Position numbers and translations under genes: made by a program | DNA from: Lama guanicoe | Taxonomy: Eukaryota | NCBI GenBank assembly: GCA_013239625.1 | Contig: MU054220.1 | Span: 310,001 to 374,000, forward strand | DNA: 64,000 nt | Direction: 5' to 3' | Part shown: positions 1-11,174 of the stretch, piece by piece | How the letters are laid out: each line of letters begins with the position of its first letter | Position numbering within the stretch: position 1 is the first letter of the stretch | Notes under the pieces: generated by a model | What the model was told of the DNA's origin: nothing | Seen by the model: the letters and a program-made list of their open reading frames with translations, nothing else | The model's database searches: none

Positions 1-326
1 ATGAAAATGCCAGTGTAATATTTGCAAATAATTTGCCAGTTGTAAAGACAAACTATTTTCTACACATTTTAAAACAAAATTCTAGCAGTTAAAATTGTCT
101 AAAATTTTTAAAGATGGATAAATTTATAATGTGCTGTGAAAAGGAGGATTTTTCATAAAGAATGAAAAGTTAATTTTTTCATTAAAGATGCAGTCACAAG
201 TGACTCCAGGCAAGGAACCTAAAATCATAATAATTGTGAATAATTACACTCTCAGTAAATATGGGTAGAGTGAAATTAAATTATATTTTGTGATAGCTTT
301 GAGACAGATTTATTAAAAAGTGACCT

Positions 327-1286
327 TTAAGATGCCCACACTGGCTTCTTAAGTAATAATTTTTTCAAAGCTGCAGTCACATCCTTGTTCCTAAGGCTGT
401 ATATCATGGGGTTCAACATTGGAGTCACAATAGTGTAGAAAACAGACAGAGTTTTGTCGCTTCCTGCAGAATGATTTGACTTGGGCCGTAAGTAGGTGAT
501 GGTCACAGAGCCAAAGAATAAAAGTACAACTATGAGATGGGAGGAGCAGGTGGAGAAGGCTTTGGACCGACCCGTGGCTGAGGGCAACTTGAGGATGGTA
601 GAAATTATTTTGATATAAGACCCAAGAATCAGTAGAAAAGGAATCATAGCAAATAATACAGCAACTACATAGACACACATCTCATTGAGTGACGTGTCCC
701 CACAGGCCAGCGTGATCAGTGGGGGGATGTCACAGAAAAAGTGGTTGATTTGGTTTGAACCACAGAAGGGCAGTGAGAACACCTGGCATGTCTGCCCTAT
801 CTGGACCGGAACTCCACTGAGCCAGGCGCCCACAGCCAACTGGACGCACATCTTGTGGTTCATGACCAGAGGATAGTGCAGAGGGCTGCAAATGGACACG
901 TAGCGGTCATAAGCCATCACAGCCAGAAGAAATGCCTCTGTGGCCCCCAGTACAAGGAAGAAGCACATTTGCGTGGCACAGCTCAGCAAAGAAATGCTTC
1001 TGTCTTGAGTCCAAAGGTTCACCAGAATCCTGGGAAGAGTGACAGACACATAGCAGATTTCTAGAGAGGAAAAATTGGCCAGAAAAAAATACATGGGTGT
1101 CTGCAGAACAGAGTCTACCCTCGTGATTATGATGATAAGACCATTTCCTGTTAAGATGAATATGTAGACGAGAAAGAAAAGACCAAATAGAAGCCCTTGG
1201 AGGTTTGGAAGGTCAGAAAATCCCAAGAAAACAAACACCATGACTGAAGAGAAATTGCCTTCTGCTTTTTGGTGTCTGGGCAGCAT
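327..1286 (-). CDS. Olfactory receptor, OR10AG1-like, intact, 319 aa
   Basis: OR motifs [54 protein letters not shown] and N-glycosylation site NFS. The ATG directly follows a splice acceptor (ttctttattttcacag|ATG on the minus strand). Confidence 0.95.
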   Translation of the reverse strand: MLPRHQKAEGNFSSVMVFVFLGFSDLPNLQGLLFGLFFLVYIFILTGNGLIIIITRVDSVLQTPMYFFLANFSSLEICYVSVTLPRILVNLWTQDRSISLLSCATQMCFFLVLGATEAFLLAVMAYDRYVSICSPLHYPLVMNHKMCVQLAVGAWLSGVPVQIGQTCQVFSLPFCGSNQINHFFCDIPPLITLACGDTSLNEMCVYVVAVLFAMIPFLLILGSYIKIISTILKLPSATGRSKAFSTCSSHLIVVLLFFGSVTITYLRPKSNHSAGSDKTLSVFYTIVTPMLNPMIYSLRNKDVTAALKKLLLKKPVWAS

Positions 1287-2519
1287 CTGTGAAAATAAAG
1301 AACTTAATATGTAAAGTCACTTTATCTGCCTGAGTTGCAGTTTGCTAAATGATGAAAAGTGTACCCTGTGCTTTTGAAAGTCGCAGTCACTAAGAATGAA
1401 CCCTATAGAAACATCTAAATTTGATGTTAAGCTGTGTCTTAAAAAACTGTTCATTCTTTCGCTAAAAATTACCCATCAGAAAACATTCCTATCAGGAATT
1501 ACATCTGCTGTGAAATGGCTGTGTTTTCTTGCTACTGATAATGAAATAAGTGATTCTAGGTTTTGTTATTCAGATTTGTGACCGGAATTTCAGAGTCTAA
1601 CTGGAATGGTGTTAATGAAAATAAATTGAAAATAAAAATCATGAAAATGTTTTAGCAATAAGTTTGACACTTTTGTTTGGAAGGACATTTCCCATCAATT
1701 ATCCTTTTTATGTTATTTTAAAAAATCATTGCATTTATTCACATTTTGATTTAAGCTGTCTCAAATATTTTTTGAGGCATCATGTAATTGCAATAAAAAT
1801 AAGCTGGAAAAAGTGACTTTAGGGGGTGACCTTTGTGACTTTTTTGTGTTCTGATAGTTGTTATAGTGAGTTTATTTCAGTTGAAAGACGTCATAAAGTA
1901 ACTCAGTCATGAGGATAGTTATCAGATCTCAGATACTGGTTTTGCATTTGCGTGTTAATTCCTGTAATAAATAGACAAGTTTTTGATTCAAGACATTGTG
2001 TCAAAGGAAGAGAAATCGCAAAGGGTTTTGGAGTCCAAGCAGAAGGCAATCCTTCCAACTCATTTTGCCCATTTCCACCCTCTTTTACTAAAGTCCTCTA
2101 TAAATTGCACAGAAATCCTTGTTCTTTTATCAGGTTCTCCTAGACCATCCACGTCTTCCATGAGCTCTACTGTCTCCCAACACACTTTCCCTCTCATAAA
2201 CACATTGTCTAAATATGTCTGTGATACCAACAGCACATAGTCGAACTCTGTAAGTGCCTGATTCACAAAGTGCTTGAATAATGGAAAGTTCTTCATACTG
2301 GTGCTTTTGATAGGATTATCCATATGGTGCTGAATAAAGCACGTACACAAATTCGAGGATCTGAGGATTCCATTGAAGCATGCAGCTTCTTGCAGGCAGC
2401 CTTATGTGGAGGAAAACAGGGAGACACTATTTGAAATCAGCTTGCAAACCAGCAGTGCACGTGGTAAAAATGGGACGCTGATGAGTGACTGCAGTGATTC
2501 ATTGTATTAGGAGAATCCA

Positions 2520-2690
2520 CAGACACTATTTTATTTAATCCTCAAGGTGGTGCAGAAGCAATCCTGTCACCCTTTTACTTAGACATAAACTTCAACTTAA
2601 AAATGTTATATAAATCAACCAAGATCACAGCAAGTAAATGGCATGACTGAGATTATGTTTCGGGCTCAAAATCCAAGTTCCTTTTATTCC
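2520..2690 (-). mobile_element. MIR remnant
   Basis: Decayed MIR core phrases (tttaatcctca, aaccaagatcacagcaagtaaatggca). Confidence 0.55.
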
Positions 2691-4039
2691 AATGGGTAAT
2701 ATCAATGGACTGTAGAATGTAACATTTGCATATTATATCCTTCCTGCGATCTAAGGCATATAAATCACTCAACAAGCATTTGATCTACGAATGGATAGCA
2801 ATTTCCATTATTAACCAGGTGTACTGTCTACCCCAGTGATGACTGGCGTGGGAAATGCTATTCTCATTATTGTATTTTGTGTTCACCTCCGTCTCTCCAC
2901 TCATACAATTAAGTCCTGCCTCAGTTTTTCTCAAATAGGTGAAGATTTTGGAAAAACACAACAGAATGAAGTAAAATTTAAAAGTAATTTAAAAATAAAT
3001 TAGAAATTAATAATCTACAACTGACTGAGGCACTAATTTGCTCAAACAGGATTTGAGGCAATTTCCAAATAAGAAGTAATAAGTATTTTTTTTTAATTTC
3101 CACATGTATTGTGAATAATAAATAGTAATTGCATGGTAAAGTTTTTGAAATCTAGGAAGTAGAATATTAAGCAATCTCTCTCCAGTTTCTGTTTACCTCC
3201 TTAAATATTATAGTTGTATGAAATATTTCCTTGAAATAAAAATATTGAGAATTTTCTCTAGGAATTTGGAATTTTTTTCATTGTACAAAGTGATTCTTCC
3301 CCACTCTAAAAATCACTGTTATTCACAGTCCTCTTTTTCAGAAGCCCTTCAGTGTAAACAGTAAACAGAAACTTGATTCCCATGTCCTTTTAACGGAGGC
3401 TTGTTTTCTGCAGTTGGACACTTTTCTCAGGGACACAGGACAGTTTCTCTCTTCCTTAGCTTATGACCTCAGGGCTCGAAATCCCCTTGGCTGAGGACAA
3501 AGACAATCAGTTATACTTGTAGTCTGATTTTGTTGTATTTCATTAGCCAGAGAAGTATAATGTCAAAGGATTTTTCAGTGCCCTAAACTTTTAGATTCCT
3601 TTTCAAGATAATGTCTCTTTAGAAATAATGATTTTATTGATGGTAGTGTGCAAACTCATTTTTTTAAAATAGCCAATTACTGCTTTCTTCAGTAAATCTT
3701 CTTGTAGTAAAATATTTTTCAAAACTGTCTCAATTATTTTAAATAACTTTTGCTACATTATAACTAACAATACATCTTAAAATTGTTTTAATCATTTATT
3801 TCAGGGATTTTCTACAGGAAAATGTAGATGTTGCCTGAAATATAGTTTAACATACCCAGTTTAACATATTATTCCATTAATATCCTGTAAATATTTGGAC
3901 TTTTTGAACTTTGATGTTTAAAATATAATTAGCTGAGAAAACTAATCTAAAATGTAAACAATGACTAAAAAGTTCATGCTTACCTTCATGGACTGGAATG
4001 GAATGATCTCTTTCTTTGATACAGAGTCTTTTAAATGTT

Positions 4040-4178
4040 GCTCTTTTTTTATTCTTATTTGTTATTGAAGTATGGTTGATTTACAGTGTCAGTTTCATGT
4101 GTACAGCAAAGCGATTCAGCCATACACACACGCGCGCGCATGCGCGCACACACACACACACACATACACACACATATA
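4040..4178 (-). mobile_element. Short L1 3' end ending in a (CA/CG)n microsatellite
   Basis: ttattgaagtatggttgatttacagtgtcagtttc is typical of a laurasiatherian L1 3' end; alternating purine-pyrimidine tract at 4120-4177. Confidence 0.65.
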
Positions 4179-4559
4179 ATTTTGTTCTGTTGAAATTTAG
4201 TTTTAAACTAGTTGAATACCAGGAGTTGCAAATACCTTTCTAAACAATGTTCTCCTTCAAAGCAAATAGTGCTCTGTAAGTAAAAGTATATGTCTTTCTG
4301 TCTTGTGGGAATTAGTTCTCTCTGTTAATCACTTTTTTATTGGACCAAGTCATTATACTTGCCATGCAGATATTTTGGAAAGCGACCAAAATTGTCTCTG
4401 GCCATGGCATTCCTTTTCAGGGATGCCTTACTCTACCACTGGCGCAGGCATTTCGTCTTTCGTGTGCTTTGTTCTTTTCCTTTATAGGTGTCACCAGTAA
4501 ATAATCAAACGTCTTCAGCTAGTTGGATATTCTGTAGAGCTTTTAATAATTTCTTTCAC

Positions 4560-5055
4560 AATTAGAAATGAAGAAATGGAAATGGAAATTTTTAAGTAAT
4601 ATTATTTATAACGCCAATAAAAATTAAAATTTTATGAATATATCCAACAAAACATGTTATTTTAATTTGTAGGCTGAAGACCACCTATAATGATAAAAGA
4701 TTTTAAAGAAAACCTAAATCATGGACATAAGTACCTTGTTCATAGATCAAAAGACTTAACACAGTAAAAATGTCAATACTCATGAAATTAGTATGTACAT
4801 TTAATTCAATTTCAAATAAAGTCTTTGCAAAATTATTTATAGATACAGAAAATCTGATGCAAAAGTGTACATATAGTGACAATGTAACTAAAATAACCAA
4901 ATAATGTTTTAGATAATTTTGGAGGAAACATACAATTAAATTTTAAGATCATGCACAACTACAGCACCAAAGAGAGTGTGGTTTTGGTAAAGGTTAACAA
5001 ATAAATTAATGTAACAGGAAGTTCCAGTAACAGACCCACACGAGTGATCAACTGA
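4560..5055 (+). mobile_element. Old L1 ORF2 remnant
   Basis: ccttgttcatagatcaaaagacttaacacagtaaaaatgtcaatactc and acagacccacac are L1M ORF2-region phrases; no open frame. Confidence 0.7.
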
Positions 5056-5059
5056 ATTC

Positions 5060-6790
5060 ACTGATAGACTTATGAAGGTATAATTTACATAGCATAAAAT
5101 TTACTTGTTTTTTCTGTAAAATTCAATAACTGTTGTGTAAACATAGCAAGTTGTACACCCATCATTAAAATACAATTTAGAACATTTTTGTCACTCCAGA
5201 AGGAAGCCTAGAGTTGGCATAAAATCGATTCTCTTTTCTGTCCCCAGCACTGGGCAAGCACTAATCTCTTTCTATCTATATATTTGCATTTTGTGGACAT
5301 TTCATGTAAAGTGAATTATACCATATTTATTGTTTTGCATCTGATTTCTTTCATTTGCATAGCATGTCTGAGGTTCCTTCATGTACAGTTATGTGTCTGT
5401 AGTTTATTAGTTTTTTTGTTGCTGTTGTTTGTTTTTTAATTGAAGTATAGTCAGTTACAATGTGTCAATTTCTGATGTACAGAATGATGTTTCAATCATA
5501 CATATACATACATATATTTGTTTTCCTATTCTGTTTCATTATAGGTTACTACAAGATATTGAAATATAATTCCCTGTGCTATACAGAAGAAATTGGTTTT
5601 TTATCTATTTTATATATAGTATTTAGTATTTGCAAATTTCAAACTCCCAGTTTATCCCTTCCCACCTCCTTTCCCCTGATAACCATTTTTTTGACTATAT
5701 CTATGAGTCTGTTTCTGTTTTGTAGATAAGTTCATTACTGTGTTCTTTTTTTTTTTTTTGATTCTACATGTGAATGATATGATATTTTTCTTTCTCTTTC
5801 TGGCTCACTTCACTTAGAATGACAATCCCCAGATCCATTCCTATTGCTGCAAATGGCATTATTTTATTCTTTTTTATGGCAGAGTAGTATTCCATTGTAA
5901 TTCATTAGTTTTTACTGGTGAATGGTATTCTACAGTATGGATATAGGATATAGCAATGAATTTATTTATTTGTCACTTGAGGGACATCTGGATCATTTCC
6001 AGTTTGGGGCTATTATTAGCAATGTTTTTATGAGTTTTCATTTACAAATTTTTAGTGGACGTAGGTCCTCATTCCCATCAGTAATGCATAAGAGTTCCTA
6101 TTTCTCCACAGCTTCTCAACTCTTGCTATTTTCTGTCTTTTTTATTACAGCCATGCTAGTGGGTGTGAAGATAAATCTCATCGTGGTTTTAATTTGATTT
6201 TCCATAATGAGCTAATATTTTGATTATTTTTGTATATGCTTATGATATTTTGGTGTAATAGCTATACAAAATGCAAATAGCTATATTTGCATATTTTGAT
6301 GGGGTTATTTTCCTTTACTATAGAGTTTAAAGGTTTCTTTACATGTGCATTCAAGACCTTTACCAAACATAATGATATGCAAATATATTCTCTGTCTGTG
6401 GCTTGTCTTTCATTTTCTGAATGGTTTTGTTTAGAATGCAACAGTCTTAAATTTTGATGAAGTCCAATTTAATGTTTATTTTGTTTTATGGATTGTGCTT
6501 TTGGTGTATATCTGAAATTCTTTGCTTTAAACCATGACCAGAAAGTTTCTCTCAATGTTTTCTTTTAAAAGCTTTATAATTTTAACTATTACATTTAGGT
6601 CTGTGATTAAGGTTGTATTAATTGTATTGTATTAATTTTCTGTATTTCATGAGATGTGGTTTAAAAAATTACATTTTGCATATATATTACTTATCACCCC
6701 AGCACTGCTTGCTTGTTGACAATTTTTTTCTGTGTTAAATTTTCTTGGTAACTTTGTTAAAAATAAATTCACTGATAACATTTGCATCTT
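5060..6790 (-). mobile_element. Old L1M fragment interrupted by a younger L1
   Basis: Antisense L1 3'UTR/ORF2 phrases such as ggacatttcatgtaaagtgaattatac and aattttgatgaagtccaattt. Confidence 0.75.
5418..5898 (-). mobile_element. Young camelid-type L1 3' end, 5'-truncated
   Basis: ttttttaattgaagtatagtcagttacaatgtgtcaatttctg; TSD-like tagtttattagttttt / taattcattagttttt. Confidence 0.85.
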
Positions 6791-6942
6791 TTTCACAACA
6801 TCTTCATTTTATATCTTAAATAATATATAATTATAAATTTTGGATTTTACATGCTTATATATCTTAATAATCACAAAATACAAAAAGAGATGGAGAGAAT
6901 TTAGAGAAGGAGTGGTATGTCCATTGGGTTGTTGTACCAAAC

Positions 6943-7012
6943 TCCCAGAGAGGCAGGCAGAAAGGTTAGTTCAATTAGTGACCTGGGGAAGGAGCTGATC
7001 CCAAGGGTAAGA
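6943..7012 (+). promoter_or_regulatory. Candidate OR promoter or first-exon end between the divergent OR10AG-like genes
   Basis: O/E (Ebf)-like TCCCAGAGA 6943, ACCTGGGGA 6981 and TCCCAAGGG 6999; homeodomain CAATTA 6972; donor GG|GTAAGA at 7007. Confidence 0.45.
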
Positions 7013-10000
7013 ACTGTTCCCTATTGAAGAGCACTAACTGTTATGACAATAGAACATATTTTAGAGGGCAGTCACCCTCTGTTTCAAATAAAAGTGAATT
7101 CACTGTCAAAAAAAAAAAATAGCCAACAACAACTTTCTCATTTTCTCTCTGTCTTTTAACTCAATCAGTAAAGGTAAGCATTATATTTAATTTCAATCCA
7201 AACAAGTAAGCATTACTCATTTTTATCCAATACCAAATTTAGTTTGACATATGTCTGTATATATTTAGCACCAGCAAAAGGACACTCATTACAGAGAATT
7301 TTTAAAAGAATCCTTTGTTTTTATGATTGGTTAATTTCAAAACATGGCTCAGATAGTCTTTTTATTTTTCTGATTACCAGCATTATATTATCAAATGAGA
7401 CATTTAAAAATACTTTGTAGTATAATGGACCAGTATACTAAAGATTACCAGCCTCTTCATCATCATCGCAATCATCTTAGGTGATTACTATGTGTTAAGC
7501 GTATATTTGAGTAGTTTACGTGCATTAAATCTGGGGATATCCATAAAAATTAATTGCATGTAACTAAGGAGTAAGATAGTGAATGGACTTTATTAAAAAG
7601 GATTTGCATTCTCCTAATATCAAAGAGATCCTTTGTTAAAATAAAGTTCTATGGTAAATGAATCAGAATATATTAAAGAGATACTGATATATTTTCATCT
7701 TCATCTTTAGAGAATTCTCCTAAGGGAAAATGGCTTCTGGACTGCATTCACCAATTTTAGATTCCTCTTTATTATCTTCAACTTGATTTTATAAACTTGC
7801 TCTAAAGAGTATTAAACACATTGTGATGTAGATGCTATACTTGATATCATATCATAATCCCCACACCAAAGAAAATCATTATTTTCATCAAAAAATTCAG
7901 AAAAATAATCACAAATTATTTGAGTTAAAAACAAAAGTGGCTATGTTTAGCTAAATTATTTAGTGTTCCCCTTTCTGAGTTGTATACATAGAAGCTCCTG
8001 AACGATTCCAGAAGTCAGGGAGAGCAACGGATATGTTGCAAGATTTGAGGAAATTTTTATAGGCGAGATTGAGTTTGGAAGATAAGTACAATTTGGATAG
8101 GATTTGAAAAGCTGTATTTATTACTTTGCACATGGTTTTACACTGATAATTCCATTTAATATTCATAAAACATTTTTCCATTTGACAAACAAAAAGTGGG
8201 GGGGAAACCAAATTTTAGCAAATGTAGCACACTGCAGTCTTGATATCAGGTTCTCTTTTCTTACTTTTTATGGCTTTTTTTTGGCACCTTGCTTTTAGTA
8301 TGACTTTCAAATGTACTTCCCCATAGTAAGGAATATATAGAAAGAATCAAAGATTGAGAGAAAACTTTACCTGAAAAGCCCACGCAATAAAGAGAATAAA
8401 GGAGATGGCAGTTTCTGAAGGTAAATAGATCATCAGATGTCGGTGAATCACGCATGCCAGTCTAAAAAGATTGGAGATTCACTCAACAAACAATTTTAAT
8501 CCGTGCCCAAGTACTACACTCTACATTGAATTAAACAGGTGACCAAAACATGGTTAATGTGTCAGGATGAGACGTTAAAAAAATAAGAAAAGAAGACATG
8601 ATTGTGTATTCTACACATATCTTGGTAATGTCACCTATCAGCCAGTAGTTTCTGACCATTTTAAAGACTAAGTTATAGCATTTTTACATTTCTTATGATC
8701 CCATTTTCATTGAAAAAAATTATATAATAAAAGGGACAAGGTTCAAATGCCTTTAGTACCTTAATATGCAGTCAGGAATGCTGTAGATGGTAAAGGAAAC
8801 TATTATTTAATTTATTTTTCTTAATCACAGAGAATCCTCAGGATGTCCAAGTTTTGCATGAACTGTTAATTGTGCCCCACATGTGTCTACATTTTTGTAG
8901 CTGAAACATTGACCGTTGTCCTCACTTAACACCCCTAGACCTAGAATATGGTGCTAGATGTGTCTCTTCCTTGCAGGGGCTAGTCTCTATTAACTTCCAA
9001 ATTAGTTAACACATAAATTGAAAGTTATGTACATCACACTGCAAACAATGAAGTAGTTTGCTACTTCCAAAAGAATGAGTGAAAAGAGTATAAATTCTAC
9101 ACACACAAACACACACACACAACACAGAAGGCATGCTTGATATATATGAGGAAGAAGCAGGACAGGAGATTCAAATTTTGGTAGGAACCCTCTCTTACAC
9201 CTTGGGGGCTATTTCAAAGAAGCAATCAAGTTGATTCACTTGTAATTTATTCAAGAAGTTAGTAAATCCCATTTTGCGAAACAAATATATTACACAGTGC
9301 ATAGAAAGATGGCTAGAGTCGCAAAAGAAGCATATAATTTATTTATAACAAAAAGTATATAGTGAAGATGGGCAATCTTACCCCACCACATTCACATGCC
9401 TGAACTCAAACACACACGTGCTAGAAAAAAGAACGAATGAATTAAATGGGTTTAGAAGAACAATAGCAATTACTGAGGATATTGGTAATTAAGAAAGTTC
9501 TCAGAGATGAGTTGCAATTGATGTGTTTCATACAATAAGTGGGTGAGGAGTGAACATGCTAGTTAGAATTGCTTTCTTGAACATAACTGCTTGATGAACA
9601 TGCCTCTTACTTTTTGAGTGTTTCTGGACAGGAAGGTCACTTTAGAGTTTCTTTCTTCCTCCCCCAAAAAATCTGAGTAAAAATTCTGAGTGCTGATTTT
9701 ATATGGAGAATGTCAAAGCTAAATAGGACTTTGGAAATACCACAGTTAAACAATAACTTTTAGAAATTAACTTTATCTCCCCTAAAACTACTTTAGATGG
9801 CTTACAAAATACTTGCTTGTGAAATCAGATTAATTAGTTTTGAATTAATCATTGTAAAAAGAGAATTGAGAGGTAAGGAGAAACACTTAGCTGAAAGTAC
9901 GAAATGATTTTTATAATTTAACATAAACTCAGATACTGCAGTTGGAGCGTTCAAATGAATAGCACATTACAACCACATATCTTCAGAAAGAAAGAAATAC

Positions 10001-10226
10001 TATAATCTGTAGCAGAAGTAAAAGATTAAAGGGATTGTTTTTCTTATAGATAGATTTAATAATAACGAAAAATACACTTCACCACACTTTCAGAGGACCT
10101 GGAAGTATAGATTTGGTTTTTAGAGGGAGTTGAAAAATCAGAAGGCATCCCATCCTGTTTACAGATAGAAAAAGAAGAGCCAATGAAAGTGAAATAATGG
10201 TGCCTCTGATTAAATCATCCCCACAG

Positions 10227-11174
10227 ATGAGATGTGAAGAAATGGAAGCAGAAGACAACATTTCCACAGTGACACAGTTTGTACTCGTGGGATTTTCTGA
10301 CCTTCCCAACCTCCAAGGGTTACTGTTTGGGGTGTTCTTCATCATTTACATCATTGTCTTAGGTGGAAATGGCCTCATCATAGTAATAACTAGGATTGAC
10401 ACTGCACTACAGAAACCCATGTATTTTTTCCTGGCAAATTTTTCCTCCTTGGAAATCTGTTACGTGTCCGTCACTCTCCCTAGGATGCTGGTGAACCTTT
10501 GGACTCAGGATAGAGGCATTTCTGTGCTGGACTGTGCCACGCAAATGTGCTTCTTCCTTATGCTGGGAACCACTGAGTGTCTCCTGCTGGCCGTGATGGC
10601 CTATGACCGCTACGTGGCCGTTTGTAACCCTCTGCACTATGCCCTGGTCATGAACCAGAAGGTGTGCATCCGGCTGGCTGTTGGCTCCTGGATCAGTGGG
10701 GTCCCGGTGCAGATGGCGCAAACGTGTCAGATTTTCTCTCTGCATTTCTGTCATTCTAACCGCGTTGACCACTTCTTCTGTGACATACCCCCCGTTCTGA
10801 AGCTGGCCTGCGGAGACACTTCTGCGCATGAGCTGTCCGTCTGTGTAGTGGTTCTGTTGGATGCTGTCGTCCCATTCGTGTTGATACTTGGCTCTTACGG
10901 CAAAATCATTTCCGCCCTTCTGAGGCTGCCAACAGCCAGAGGTCGGGCCAAAGCCTTCTCCACGTGTTCTTCCCACCTGCTGGTGGTGCTTTTATTTTTT
11001 GGATCTGCAACCATAACCTACTTAAGGCCAAAATCGAGTCATTCTCCAGGAACTGACAAACTGCTCTCTCTCTTCTACACCGTAGTGACCCCCATGTTTA
11101 ATCCCATGATTTACACCCTGAGGAACACGGATGTGATTGCAGCACTGAGAAAATTGTTCCTCAAAAAATTCTGA
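10227..11174 (+). CDS. Olfactory receptor, OR10AG1-like, intact; likely start 10227 (ORF track starts at 10197)
   Basis: Motifs [46 protein letters not shown]; paralogue of the first gene. Acceptor-like ccccacag|ATG at 10226/10227. Confidence 0.93.
   Translation: MRCEEMEAEDNISTVTQFVLVGFSDLPNLQGLLFGVFFIIYIIVLGGNGLIIVITRIDTALQKPMYFFLANFSSLEICYVSVTLPRMLVNLWTQDRGISVLDCATQMCFFLMLGTTECLLLAVMAYDRYVAVCNPLHYALVMNQKVCIRLAVGSWISGVPVQMAQTCQIFSLHFCHSNRVDHFFCDIPPVLKLACGDTSAHELSVCVVVLLDAVVPFVLILGSYGKIISALLRLPTARGRAKAFSTCSSHLLVVLLFFGSATITYLRPKSSHSPGTDKLLSLFYTVVTPMFNPMIYTLRNTDVIAALRKLFLKKF

Noticed and set aside
2060..2350. 96-aa minus-strand ORF upstream of the first OR
   Set aside because: Non-ATG start, no recognisable homology, and it probably lies in an intron or decayed repeat.
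10407..10976. 189-aa antisense ORF over the second OR, and similar short antisense ORFs over the OR5W copies
   Set aside because: Shadow of GC-rich OR codon usage; no recognisable domain, and recurrence simply follows CDS identity.
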